From an uncultured Pseudobdellovibrionaceae bacterium (lineage in GTDB: Bacteria; Bdellovibrionota; Bdellovibrionia; Bdellovibrionales; UBA1609), in contig CAWDNU010000003.1 of NCBI GenBank assembly GCA_963803705.1, positions 1-64,000 on the forward strand: DNA of 64,000 nt, written 5' to 3'. The position numbers and the translations under genes are program-made. Positions 10,636 through 20,748 of this stretch are shown here, piece by piece. Under the pieces are notes generated by a model. That model saw only the letters and a list, made by a program, of their open reading frames with translations. It ran no database searches and was not told the DNA's origin. Positions within the stretch are counted from its first letter, which is position 1; every line of letters begins with the position of its first letter.

Positions 10636-11664
10636 TTAGTTGTAATTAACATCTTTGGCCAACTCATTGGCCAAATCTAAATTGTCGCCAATTTCTGACC
10701 AGATTAGTGGACTTGTCTTAAATTCACCCCAAATTTGAACTAAGCTTTGGGAATTTAAATTCTTTATAACTGGATATGCGAATTGCGAATAAGATATTTG
10801 GAGTTGAGCTTTTTCAGTCAAAAGCATCTCTACAAAACGCTCAGCCAAATCTTGGTTCTGAGTGGTCTTTAACAAAGCAACCCCGTAACCATTTACATGT
10901 ACACCACCATTTTCTTGGTCTAAAAACTTAAGTTCTACATTAAATTTGGTGCCTTCAGCCTGGGCTTTTGCATATTCTCTGGCTAGATAGTAGTGATTGA
11001 CCAGTCCAACTTCACACTCTCCGGAATTTAATGCGTTTAAAATCAGACCATCTTTTGAATAAACCGGCGCGGCTAGATTGTTAACCCATCCTGCCATTAT
11101 TTTCCTTGCTTTTTCCTGACCATGTTTTGTCACTAAGTAAGCAATTAATCCCTGGTTATAACTGTTAGAACTTGTGCGTAAGCAAATTCGGCCAGCCCAC
11201 TCTGGCGAAGCTAAATCCTCGTAAGAGTTTATAGAGCTAACATCCACATTTGATCCGTAGGCTAATGTGCGCGCTCTAAAGGTTAAGCCAATCCAATTTA
11301 GGTCTTTGGTGTCCATCATACCTTCTTTGATTTCACTGAAAGCAGATAACGGGTTGAAGGATTTAGTGAACCCTTGCTTTTTGAGCTCAGTTAAATAAAC
11401 CAAGTCTTTAGCAATTATTAAGTCGGGCTTCACAGAATTCTTACCAGACAAAATATCGGGCTGATTGTAGTATTGTAGACGCGCTAAATTATCATCAAAC
11501 TTTTGATCCAAAACTACTACTTCCACTCCGTACTGAAGCTTAAAATCGTCAACTAAGTTAGAGTGTAGTGAAAATCCTTCAGACAAAATTGTGAGTTCAG
11601 CGCTGTTGTTAGCGTTGGCATGACTGCTCACAAGAAGTGCAATTAAAATTAAAAACTTAAACAT
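10636..11664 (-). CDS. Fe3+ ABC transporter substrate-binding protein (FutA/FbpA-like)
   Basis: WIGLTFRAR, YEDLA.PEW.GRICLR, GLVNHYYLAR; start placed at MFKF after RBS AAGGAG. Confidence 0.85.
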   Translation of the reverse strand: MFKFLILIALLVSSHANANNSAELTILSEGFSLHSNLVDDFKLQYGVEVVVLDQKFDDNLARLQYYNQPDILSGKNSVKPDLIIAKDLVYLTELKKQGFTKSFNPLSAFSEIKEGMMDTKDLNWIGLTFRARTLAYGSNVDVSSINSYEDLASPEWAGRICLRTSSNSYNQGLIAYLVTKHGQEKARKIMAGWVNNLAAPVYSKDGLILNALNSGECEVGLVNHYYLAREYAKAQAEGTKFNVELKFLDQENGGVHVNGYGVALLKTTQNQDLAERFVEMLLTEKAQLQISYSQFAYPVIKNLNSQSLVQIWGEFKTSPLIWSEIGDNLDLANELAKDVNYN

Positions 11665-11794
11665 AGGTATCTCCTTAGTGCCCTTTAACAATTTACTGTT
11701 CAGGCTGGTTAAATAAAAATGAAAATTTATACACAAATCTTCTTAATATAGTGCTTATTCTTAGGGTGAGTGACAAAAACTGTCTATTAAAAGC

Positions 11795-11809
11795 TGAAAA
11801 TTATTCTTA
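11795..11809. promoter_or_regulatory. Possible Fur-type 7-1-7 box upstream of the iron uptake operon
   Basis: TGAAAAT-T-ATTCTTA versus TGATAAT-N-ATTATCA (3 mismatches); AT-rich context weakens the call. Confidence 0.3.
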
Positions 11810-11998
11810 ATTGAAAAGTTGTTGATCAGCCAAGTGATTAGGTATTGATCATAGCTTTGTTGGGCACCTGTAATTTACAAAATGTTTAGACACATCAAAT
11901 CACGGCACAGTAATTGATACGTTTGATTTTATCTCTGGTTAGTGGTTAACTTGCAGATGAATTTATTAGTTCAGAATTCAATATATAAGGAGAAAATT

Positions 11999-12184
11999 AT
12001 GAATTCATTTAAAGTAGTATTGGCAGCGTTGTTATTAGGTGCATTTTCATTAACTGTTACTGGTTGCCCAGGTAAAAAAGAAGAAGCTCCAGTTGAGCGA
12101 ATGGAAGATGCTGCTGATGACACTATGGATTCAGCTGAAGAAGCTGGTGAAGAAGTAACTGATGAAGTCGACGACGCAATGTAA
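11999..12184 (+). CDS. Small acidic lipoprotein
   Basis: RBS AAGGAG; signal peptide ending VTGC; acidic tail. Confidence 0.75.
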   Translation: MNSFKVVLAALLLGAFSLTVTGCPGKKEEAPVERMEDAADDTMDSAEEAGEEVTDEVDDAM

Positions 12185-12214
12185 TAGGTTTTTTACCTAA
12201 AACTAATTATTTTT

Positions 12215-12246
12215 AAAAAGCCTGCTAACCTGCAGGCTTTTTTTTT
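12215..12246 (+). terminator. Intrinsic terminator
   Basis: AAAAAGCCTGC-loop-GCAGGCTTTTTTTTT. Confidence 0.8.
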
Positions 12247-12260
12247 GTTAGAGCTTTGAT

Positions 12261-14348
12261 ATGAATTTTCTGAAAGATCTAAAAGTTTTATTTAGGGCCT
12301 ATGGCCTTTTTTTGTTTATATTTCTTCTTCATAGATCGATTTTCTGGGCACTGTTTAAGAATTCTGGCTTAGACGCTAAAAACTCTGCACTTATAAAATC
12401 TTGGTGGGTTGGGGTACGTTTCGATGTAAGGGTGATTACATTATACTTGCTAGTAGGACTGCTAACGTTTTTTGTCATCCGACTAGTTTTTAAATTAGTT
12501 CCATTAAGTCTTAAAAAGCTTTCTAAATTCTATTTACAATTCCAAATTGCTTATCTGGCTTTGGGGCTACTTTTTTTTACAATAGTGTTTTGGGTAGATA
12601 TTGGAAACTACCAATATTTGGAAGAGCGCCTGACCTCGAAAATCTTTGCCTTGCTATCTAGCCCTAAGATAGCATTAGGGATGGTGGCTCAAAGCTACCC
12701 AGTCTATATTATTATTCCAGCCCTTATCATAGCCATATGTCTGTTTTTATTCGTGACCTCAAGACTGATCTTTTCTATTCGACCTGAGCCCTCGTTCTTT
12801 CCTTTGGCTTTTAAATATAAATGGAAAGATGGTTTAAAATTTGTTGGTGTATTTCTTGTCATGGCGCTTTTAGTTCATTCTAAATTTTCGCAGTATCCAC
12901 TAAGATGGAGCGAGGCCTATTTTTCCAAAAGTCACTTTACTAGTCAGTTTGCACTTAACCCAGTTCAGAATATTTTTGACACTTATAAATTTTCTAAGAC
13001 GAACTACACCTATGAAAGTATTGAAAGCGAACTAAGGCTTGTGGCCGAAGATCTAGGCATTAAAGATTTGGACAATAAGCTTTTGGTGCGACCCCAAAAG
13101 ATCAATCCTATCGCCAAGCTTCAGGGTGTTAAAAATGTAGTCGTCATTATGATGGAATCATTAGCTGCTTTTAAACTTGGGACATATGGGGCGCCCTTAA
13201 ATACAAGTCCCAACTTTGACTCTTTAGCTGATGAAAGCCTTTTGTTTGAAAACTTCCATGTAATTCAAACTGGAACGGCAGCTTCTATTTTTTGTTTTAT
13301 TACGGGCATCCCAGACTTGAACGAAGAAGAAACAGCTTCAAGAAACCCATTAGTTGTTGACCAGCACACAATGATAAACAACTTTAAAAATCATGAAAAA
13401 TTTTATTTTATTGGTGGTGACGCAAATTGGGGAAATATTCGCGGAGTTATAACTAATAATATAGAAGATATTAACTTACTTGAAGAAAAGGATTTTAAAA
13501 CTGCATCTAAAACAGATATCTGGGGAGTGTCAGACCTAGAGCTTTTTAGGCAGGCCAATGACAAGCTTAAAATTCAAAAAAAGCCATTTTTCGCCTTTAT
13601 TCAGACGGCTGGCTACCATAAGCCCTATACTATTCCCAAAATAACCGATGGATTTAAGAAAAAAGTTATAACTGACAAGCAGATCAAAGATTACGGATTT
13701 GTTAGTTCAGATGAGTATAATTCACTTAGATTTTCTGATCACGCATTGGGTAGATTTGTAGAAATGGCAAAGTCATCGGATTACTACAAAAATACAATTT
13801 TTGTTGTGTACGCAGATCATGGTCTAAGATCTTATGATCAGATTCAGCTAAGTAACTTTTATAAAAAGCATTTTTTTCCCGTCTATCATATTCCTTTTTT
13901 GGTCCATTCAGCGATGTTACCCGAAAACTTAAAAGGTGCTAAAGATCCAACTTTGGGTTTTCAACCTGATATGCTAGCTACCATTCAATCAATGTTAGGA
14001 GTTGAAGGAGTAAATTCAAGCTTTGGATTAGATCTTAGATCTATTGAAGCAAAAAATCGGCAAGGCATATTTCTTAGAGGTAGCGGCGCTTATCCCGTTA
14101 GATTTTTTGATGGCGAGCGCTTGATTGAAACCAATTTAAATAATGACGGCGGCATAAAGTCATTTAAAACCGAAAATTTTTTAAGGCAACTTACAGCAAT
14201 CTCAGATGAAAAGTTTCTAAATTTGGAAGAAAAAATCACCCCTCTAATTGAACAAAAGGCCAAGTTAGGTCGCGCCTACCTTAAGGCCATCAAATATAAA
14301 CTAAAAAATAACCAGAAAGCAAAAGTCCAAAAGGTGAAAGGTTCCTAA
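12261..14348 (+). CDS. LTA synthase / MdoB-like membrane sulfatase-family protein
   Basis: N-terminal TMs; NVVVIMMES, HKPY, YADHG, HIPFL. Confidence 0.85.
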   Translation: MNFLKDLKVLFRAYGLFLFIFLLHRSIFWALFKNSGLDAKNSALIKSWWVGVRFDVRVITLYLLVGLLTFFVIRLVFKLVPLSLKKLSKFYLQFQIAYLALGLLFFTIVFWVDIGNYQYLEERLTSKIFALLSSPKIALGMVAQSYPVYIIIPALIIAICLFLFVTSRLIFSIRPEPSFFPLAFKYKWKDGLKFVGVFLVMALLVHSKFSQYPLRWSEAYFSKSHFTSQFALNPVQNIFDTYKFSKTNYTYESIESELRLVAEDLGIKDLDNKLLVRPQKINPIAKLQGVKNVVVIMMESLAAFKLGTYGAPLNTSPNFDSLADESLLFENFHVIQTGTAASIFCFITGIPDLNEEETASRNPLVVDQHTMINNFKNHEKFYFIGGDANWGNIRGVITNNIEDINLLEEKDFKTASKTDIWGVSDLELFRQANDKLKIQKKPFFAFIQTAGYHKPYTIPKITDGFKKKVITDKQIKDYGFVSSDEYNSLRFSDHALGRFVEMAKSSDYYKNTIFVVYADHGLRSYDQIQLSNFYKKHFFPVYHIPFLVHSAMLPENLKGAKDPTLGFQPDMLATIQSMLGVEGVNSSFGLDLRSIEAKNRQGIFLRGSGAYPVRFFDGERLIETNLNNDGGIKSFKTENFLRQLTAISDEKFLNLEEKITPLIEQKAKLGRAYLKAIKYKLKNNQKAKVQKVKGS

Positions 14349-14373
14349 GAATTGACCAAACTACAGCTATTAT

Positions 14374-15186
14374 CTAATCAATAGTTTCTTGTTCTGCCAA
14401 AATAAGTTGCTCTTCTTGTGTAAGTATAATTTCATTTCTTTGGTATCTAGTAAATTTGTAAATGCTAAACGGTATTGTAGCAATGTATGCGAATCCAAAA
14501 ATTATAAAAGCTTCCCAGGTATAAGTGGCAACGATTGAAGCTACTAAAATAATAATGACTAACCCACCTCGCACACTCTGTCTTGGAATGGAACCTAAAC
14601 TTTTAAATGAAAATGTTGGTATGCTACTAGCAGCCATTAAAGAAATAATCACTGTATAAATTAAAATTGCGTACGATGGGATAAGCACTTCAACTTCTAA
14701 AAAACGGGTGTAGAAAGGCATCAAAAGCAGGGCTGCTGATGCGGGTGCTGGTGTTCCTTGAAAAAATTTTTTTCTCCAGGGGGCTGCATTTTCCTCTTCA
14801 GTTTCGACATTAAATCTAGCAAGTCTAACACAAATACAAATGGCATATGTTAAAGCGACAATCCAACCTAAGGACTTAAATTCTTTCAAAGCCCAAAAAT
14901 AGACGATCAAAGCCGGAGCTACACCAAAATTTACAAAATCTGAAAGTGAATCTAATTCAGCTCCAAATTTTGAAGAGGCTTTCAGAAATCTTGCGGCTCT
15001 ACCGTCTAAGCCATCTAAAATGGCCGCAAAAATGATAGCAAAAATCGTGAGTTCGAACCTTTGTTCATAAGCCATTCGAATGGCAGTTAATCCTGCACCT
15101 AAAGCGACTAAAGTAATGGCATTGGGTATTAAATACTTAGCTGGAATATTCTTAGACCTGGAAAATTTAGATTTTTTTAATTTCAT
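14374..15186 (-). CDS. pssA: CDP-diacylglycerol--serine O-phosphatidyltransferase
   Basis: CDP-alcohol motif DGLDGRAAR..SSKFGAELDSLSD; RLARFN; directly downstream of psd. Confidence 0.9.
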   Translation of the reverse strand: MKLKKSKFSRSKNIPAKYLIPNAITLVALGAGLTAIRMAYEQRFELTIFAIIFAAILDGLDGRAARFLKASSKFGAELDSLSDFVNFGVAPALIVYFWALKEFKSLGWIVALTYAICICVRLARFNVETEEENAAPWRKKFFQGTPAPASAALLLMPFYTRFLEVEVLIPSYAILIYTVIISLMAASSIPTFSFKSLGSIPRQSVRGGLVIIILVASIVATYTWEAFIIFGFAYIATIPFSIYKFTRYQRNEIILTQEEQLILAEQETID

Positions 15187-15190
15187 AAAT

Positions 15191-15865
15191 TTAGCCTTTG
15201 ATTTTGAATAAAGGAGTTTCACCAGCCACAGCTGTTTGACCAACTAAAACTGCTATATCTACCTTATCTGGATCTGCATAAACGTCTAAGCGTGAGCCAA
15301 ACCGGATCAATCCAAAGCGTTCGCCCGCGTGTAAAACGTCGTTTTCTTTACTCCAGCATAGAATACGGCGGGCCACTAAGCCTGCTATTTGAACCACACC
15401 AATTTCAATCTTTTCATTTCTTATCTGCATCAAATTTCTTTCATTATTTTCACTAGCTTTATCTAAGTCTGCATTGATAAATAATCCTTTTACGTAGTGA
15501 ATACGAGTGACTTCACCTTGGATTGGCGAGCGATTGACATGACAATCAAACACGCTCATAAAAACTGAAATTCTAATCAATTGTTTATCCGGCGAAAATG
15601 TAAACTCTTCGGGCGAATCCACCAAACCAATAAAAGAAATTTGTCCATCTGCCGGGCTAAAAATTGAATTGATATCAGTGGGTGTAACTCGATCTGGATT
15701 TCTGAAAAAGTAGGCGCACCACACGGTTAAAATTATTCCGATCCAGTAAAGGTGGATAGAAAAAAGGCCTAAGCCAATTGTAATGATCGCAAAAATCAAA
15801 ATAAACGGGTAGCCAGCACTGTGAATTGGTACCCAAGCTTTTTTAATTGAATCAGTAATACTCAT
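15191..15865 (-). CDS. psd: Phosphatidylserine decarboxylase proenzyme
   Basis: FFRNPDR, SPADG, HVNRSP, QIAGLVARRI, RFGSRLD cleavage motif. Confidence 0.92.
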   Translation of the reverse strand: MSITDSIKKAWVPIHSAGYPFILIFAIITIGLGLFSIHLYWIGIILTVWCAYFFRNPDRVTPTDINSIFSPADGQISFIGLVDSPEEFTFSPDKQLIRISVFMSVFDCHVNRSPIQGEVTRIHYVKGLFINADLDKASENNERNLMQIRNEKIEIGVVQIAGLVARRILCWSKENDVLHAGERFGLIRFGSRLDVYADPDKVDIAVLVGQTAVAGETPLFKIKG

Positions 15866-16085
15866 TTGTAACCTCAGGTGCTTAATTTGATTGATATAGA
15901 ATAAATACTACCGATATTTGAACCAGTCACTAATCGACTCACAAATTTCAGGATTGCCTGTTTTTTAAACCTTAAACAACCAATTAAATCAAAGCCAAAG
16001 ACTTAACGAAGTCAACACCAGGCCATACCTATTAATAACTGGGACTAATATTGACCGACCAAGCACGGAGTTTAATGATGATAAA

Positions 16086-17471
16086 ATGGTAGACCTATCC
16101 CAACTGAGTTTGGACTTTTATGAAAAAGACTTGAAAGCTGATGTCAAAAAGCCTGTAGATGTGGATCTATTAGATTTACTGCAGAACAAATTTAGTCTTA
16201 AGTCTTTTAGACCTGGCCAAGAATCAATTATAAAAGCCGTGCTAAAAAACCAAGATGTAATGGCGGTAATGCCCACCGGTGGCGGTAAATCATTGTGCTA
16301 TCAGTTGCCAGCCTACGCACGGCCTGGTCTTAGCCTAGTTGTTTCACCATTGATTGCACTTATGAATGATCAGGTTAGACATTTAAAAAAATTAGGGCTT
16401 GGAGCTGGCGCACTCCATTCTAGTCTAACTGATGATGAGCGCAGACAAATTTTTCGCGAAATGAAATCAGGTATTTCCGAAGGGTATATCTTATTTTTGT
16501 CACCAGAACGAGTTCAAAAGCCAGGTTTTTCTGAATGGATAGCACAGCAGAAGATCAATCTGTTTGCTATCGATGAGGCGCATTGTGTATCTCAGTGGGG
16601 CCATGATTTTAGAAAGGAATACGGTCAACTTAAAGTTCTTCGTAAAGTTTGCCCTAAAGTTCCAATCATCGCCTTAACTGCAACAGCAACACCTCAGGTA
16701 AAATTAGATATTATTACGTCTTTAAAATTAAAGAAGCCAGCACTACACGTTTACGGATTTTATAGACCTAATTTATATTATCAGGTTGAAAAATGCGATT
16801 CTATTGAAGTCAAAGAGTACGTTCTGTCTAAAGCTATAGATCAGACCCCCGAGGGTCGTATTTTAATTTACTGTGGAACTAGAAAAAAGTGTAAAGAGTG
16901 GGCCACCTTTTTAAAACAGACCCAGAAAAAAGTTGCTTACTACCACGCTGGTTTAAGTGCAGAGAAGCGTTCAAGTTTGGAAGAGCGCTACCAAAACGGA
17001 AAAGTTCGAATTTTAGTGGCTACTAACGCCTTCGGGATGGGAATAGATCACTCCGATGTTCGCTTAGTGGTTCATACTCAAATGCCCGGGACTATAGAAT
17101 CCTATTACCAAGAGGTAGGGCGAGCTGGCCGAGACGGTAAAGAATCCACCTGTTTAATGTTGTACGCTAGAAAAGACCGGGCTCTCCATGCCTTTTTTAT
17201 CCGAATAGCAAAGTCTTCAGCTGCAGTTGTCTCTCATAGATGGCAAAGCTTGGATTCCGTGATGGCTTATTCCGAAAGCTACAAGTGTCGACACTTCGAG
17301 ATCTTAAAGTATTTTTGTGACACCCAAAAAATTGAAAAATGTGGTCACTGCGATAGGTGTGATAAAGAATCCAGCCGAAGAGTTCATAACGATCTTCCGC
17401 CTTCAAAATTTAAATTAAAGGCCAGAAAAAAGAAACAGGTCACAAAGAAACAGCCTGCTTCGCATTTTTGA
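16086..17471 (+). CDS. recQ: RecQ family ATP-dependent DNA helicase (no HRDC)
   Basis: MPTGGGKSLCYQLP, DEAHCVSQWGHDFR, QEVGRAGRDG, Zn motif CR..CGHCDRC. Confidence 0.9.
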   Translation: MVDLSQLSLDFYEKDLKADVKKPVDVDLLDLLQNKFSLKSFRPGQESIIKAVLKNQDVMAVMPTGGGKSLCYQLPAYARPGLSLVVSPLIALMNDQVRHLKKLGLGAGALHSSLTDDERRQIFREMKSGISEGYILFLSPERVQKPGFSEWIAQQKINLFAIDEAHCVSQWGHDFRKEYGQLKVLRKVCPKVPIIALTATATPQVKLDIITSLKLKKPALHVYGFYRPNLYYQVEKCDSIEVKEYVLSKAIDQTPEGRILIYCGTRKKCKEWATFLKQTQKKVAYYHAGLSAEKRSSLEERYQNGKVRILVATNAFGMGIDHSDVRLVVHTQMPGTIESYYQEVGRAGRDGKESTCLMLYARKDRALHAFFIRIAKSSAAVVSHRWQSLDSVMAYSESYKCRHFEILKYFCDTQKIEKCGHCDRCDKESSRRVHNDLPPSKFKLKARKKKQVTKKQPASHF

Positions 17472-17516
17472 AAGGTTAAACCTAGTATATTTACGAATAT
17501 TCTTTTATAAAAAGAT

Positions 17517-19298
17517 ATGATTTCAGTAGCGAGTGTTTCAAAAGCCTACCCAGGCAAGGTTTTATTTGACGATCTTTCTTTTACTATGTCCAAGGGTGAA
17601 CGCCTTGGTTTAGTAGGCAGAAATGGTTGCGGTAAGTCTACTTTATTAAAAATTATAGTTGGTGAGCTTGAGCCCGATTCGGGTCAAGTCGTATTTCCGA
17701 AGGGTTATCGACTAGGTTATCTATCTCAACATTTAGATTTTAAAAAGGACACAGTTTTAGAAGAGTGTTGTGAAGAATTAGAGGTCTACGAGCAGTATAA
17801 GGCTGAACGTATATTGCAAGGCTTAGGATTTACTGATGAAGGCTTATATCAATCTCCGCACAGTTTTTCTGGGGGCTATCAACTGCGCATCAACTTGGCG
17901 AAGTGTATTTTAAGTGAACCCGATCTTTTAATTTTAGACGAGCCGACTAATTACTTAGACTTGCTGTCACTTAGATGGCTTAAAGACTATTTGCTTAACT
18001 ATTCTGGCGAAGTGATATTAATCACCCATGATCAGTACTTTATGGACCAGGTGATCACGCACACACTTGGAATCTATCAGTCTGAGGGAAAAAAAATAAA
18101 AGGCCCGTCACAAAAGTACTACGATCAAGTCCACCTAGAGTACGAAATTTTAGTTAAAAGTAAGGCCAATCAAGAACAAAAAATTAAAGAGATGGAAAAA
18201 TTTGTTGAACGGTTCAGAGCCAAAGCTTCTAAAGCCACCCAAGCGCAATCAAAAATGAAAGCAATAGAAAAAATTGACGTCATCGAGCTGAAAGAGTCTG
18301 AACAAAGCCTTGGTTTTCAGTTTGCTTACGCACCGACGCCGGCTAAACGTCTGCTTAAAGCAGAAAATCTTAGTTTTGGCTACAATCCTGGCGAGCTCTT
18401 GTATCAAAACTTGTCTTTTGAGTTAACGCCTAGTGATCGGATCGCTATTGTGGGGCAAAATGGTAAAGGAAAAACAACCTTGCTAAGGCAAATGGCCCAA
18501 GAGTTGAAATCTAATGAAAATGAAATTTGGTTGCACCCTCAGACTAAAATTGGCTTTTATCATCAAACTAATAAAAAAGATTTAAATTTAAAATCTACTG
18601 TCGCCGATGAAATTGCTCAAACTAACCCGTTGTTAACAATTACGCAGGTTAGGGCAATTTGTGGTGCGGTTATGTTTCCTGGGGACGATGCTCTAAAAAA
18701 AATTGCAGTGCTATCAGGTGGCGAGCAGGCTCGTGTTTTACTTGGAAAAATTTTAGCTTACCCTAATAATTGTTTGCTACTTGATGAGCCATCAAACCAT
18801 TTAGATCGTGATGCTGTTGAAAAATTAGGAGACGAAATCAATAAGTTTGAAGGACCAGTTACTTTTGTTACCCATCATGAGGGGCTTTTGCATAAACTTG
18901 CGACACACCTTATTTATTTCAAAAAAGGACAGGCAAATTTCTTCATTGGCAACTATCAAGAGTTTTTGGACAAAGTGGGTTGGGCAGAAGATGAACCCAC
19001 TAACAATATTGTAAAAAGAAAGTCCACTAAATCTTCGGCCGAACATCAAGCACATAGAAAACTCACTAATCGATTGAAGAAAAGTATTTCTAAGTTCGAA
19101 AACGAAATTTTGAAAATGGAAGAAAACTTAGAACAAAGTAACAAAAAGCTAGCACAGATTCTAGCTTTAGAGTCTTCAGAAAAAGATGTGCAGCTGTCGG
19201 AGCATTACAAAGCTGTGGGTCAAAAACAGACTCAACTTCAACAAAAATACTTAGACCTAGATGATTTATCTAAGCAACTAGAAAGTTTGGCAGAGTAA
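17517..19298 (+). CDS. ABC-F family ATPase
   Basis: Two ABC domains (GRNGCGKST, GQNGKGKTT, LDEP twice), no TM, C-terminal coiled coil. Confidence 0.9.
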   Translation: MISVASVSKAYPGKVLFDDLSFTMSKGERLGLVGRNGCGKSTLLKIIVGELEPDSGQVVFPKGYRLGYLSQHLDFKKDTVLEECCEELEVYEQYKAERILQGLGFTDEGLYQSPHSFSGGYQLRINLAKCILSEPDLLILDEPTNYLDLLSLRWLKDYLLNYSGEVILITHDQYFMDQVITHTLGIYQSEGKKIKGPSQKYYDQVHLEYEILVKSKANQEQKIKEMEKFVERFRAKASKATQAQSKMKAIEKIDVIELKESEQSLGFQFAYAPTPAKRLLKAENLSFGYNPGELLYQNLSFELTPSDRIAIVGQNGKGKTTLLRQMAQELKSNENEIWLHPQTKIGFYHQTNKKDLNLKSTVADEIAQTNPLLTITQVRAICGAVMFPGDDALKKIAVLSGGEQARVLLGKILAYPNNCLLLDEPSNHLDRDAVEKLGDEINKFEGPVTFVTHHEGLLHKLATHLIYFKKGQANFFIGNYQEFLDKVGWAEDEPTNNIVKRKSTKSSAEHQAHRKLTNRLKKSISKFENEILKMEENLEQSNKKLAQILALESSEKDVQLSEHYKAVGQKQTQLQQKYLDLDDLSKQLESLAE

Positions 19299-19428
19299 GG
19301 GTTTGACTAATTTAATCTTACCTATGCGAACCGAACAAGCTGATGAAATAAGAACAATAGTTCCTGGGTCAGCTTGACCTCTTTTTTTATTCCACTAAGG
19401 TGAGGTTTAATCTCTTACAGTAGGTCTC

Positions 19429-20745
19429 ATGAATTTCACCGAACTCGCACTGAACTCTGATGTTCTTAAATCTTTAGAAAAAATTGGCTACAGCACACCA
19501 ACGCCAATCCAGGAAAAAGCAATCCCAATAGTTTTAGCCAAGAAAGATCTTTTGGCTATTGCTCAAACAGGAACAGGCAAAACCGCAGCCTTCTGTCTTC
19601 CGATAATAACTAACTTAAAGTCTGCGGGCCTTAGGTCAAATTCCGGTTGTCCGCAGGTCTTGATTTTAACCCCAACTAGGGAGCTTGCACTTCAAATCCA
19701 CGCCAATCTTTTAGAGTATGGTGAAAGTTTGAATCAAAAGTACGCAGTTATTTTTGGGGGAGTGTCTCAAGGAAAGCAGGTTAAAGAAATGCAAAAAGGA
19801 CCTGATGTTTTGGTAGCTACCCCGGGTCGACTTTTAGATCTGATGAATCAAGGATTTATTAAACTCAAAGATGTTCAAACTTTTGTATTAGATGAAGCTG
19901 ATAGAATGCTTGATATGGGTTTTATGAACGATATTAAAAAACTTTTGAAAAGTTTGCCGCAAAAGCGTCATAACTTGTTTTTCTCGGCCACCATGCCCAA
20001 AGAGATTGAATCTCTGGCTAGAGAGATTTTATTTAAGCCAGAAAAAGTAGAGGTTACCCCAGAATCTACCACAGTCGAGCGTATTCAGCAGTCCGTAATG
20101 TTTGTAGATAAACCTAAGAAAGTGCAATTATTAGTGCATTTACTTAAAGATAAAAAGTTTAAGCGAACTTTAGTTTTTGTAGAGATGAAGCATGTTGCCA
20201 ATCGTGTTTCTGAAAATCTGACTAAGAATGGCATCTCTTCGATGGCAATTCACGGAAACAAATCTCAGTCCGCTAGGCAAAAAGCATTACAAGATTTTAA
20301 AGACGGAAAAGTCAGGGTTCTAGTGGCCACAGACATAGCTTCCAGGGGTATTGATGTCGACGGTATCACCCACGTGATTAATTATGAGCTTTCTAATATT
20401 ATCGAAAGTTACGTTCACCGGGTAGGGCGAACCGCAAGGGCTGGCAAAGACGGGATGGCCGTGTCCCTAGTAACTGCTGATGAAAAGTCTTATTTGGCTG
20501 AAATTGAAAAAGTCACAAAGCAAAAAATAGCTATCGATGCAGACCAGCCATTTCATTCTGATCTTGCGCAAAATGCAAAAGTAGTTGGAGTAGGCAGAGC
20601 GAAAGCAACAATAGAGGCCGAAAGAAAATCAGGGCAAACACATAGGCCGCGCCGTGGGTTTAAAAGCAGCTCAAAAAAGAAAAACTCTGGAAATAATTTT
20701 TCAAAACAGAGATCTCAAGCAAAGTCATCTGCCCCGAAAAGATAA
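19429..20745 (+). CDS. rhlE: DEAD-box RNA helicase (RhlE-like)
   Basis: AQTGTGKT, PTRELA, DEAD, SAT, HRVGRTARAG; basic tail. Confidence 0.85.
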   Translation: MNFTELALNSDVLKSLEKIGYSTPTPIQEKAIPIVLAKKDLLAIAQTGTGKTAAFCLPIITNLKSAGLRSNSGCPQVLILTPTRELALQIHANLLEYGESLNQKYAVIFGGVSQGKQVKEMQKGPDVLVATPGRLLDLMNQGFIKLKDVQTFVLDEADRMLDMGFMNDIKKLLKSLPQKRHNLFFSATMPKEIESLAREILFKPEKVEVTPESTTVERIQQSVMFVDKPKKVQLLVHLLKDKKFKRTLVFVEMKHVANRVSENLTKNGISSMAIHGNKSQSARQKALQDFKDGKVRVLVATDIASRGIDVDGITHVINYELSNIIESYVHRVGRTARAGKDGMAVSLVTADEKSYLAEIEKVTKQKIAIDADQPFHSDLAQNAKVVGVGRAKATIEAERKSGQTHRPRRGFKSSSKKKNSGNNFSKQRSQAKSSAPKR

Positions 20746-20748
20746 ATT

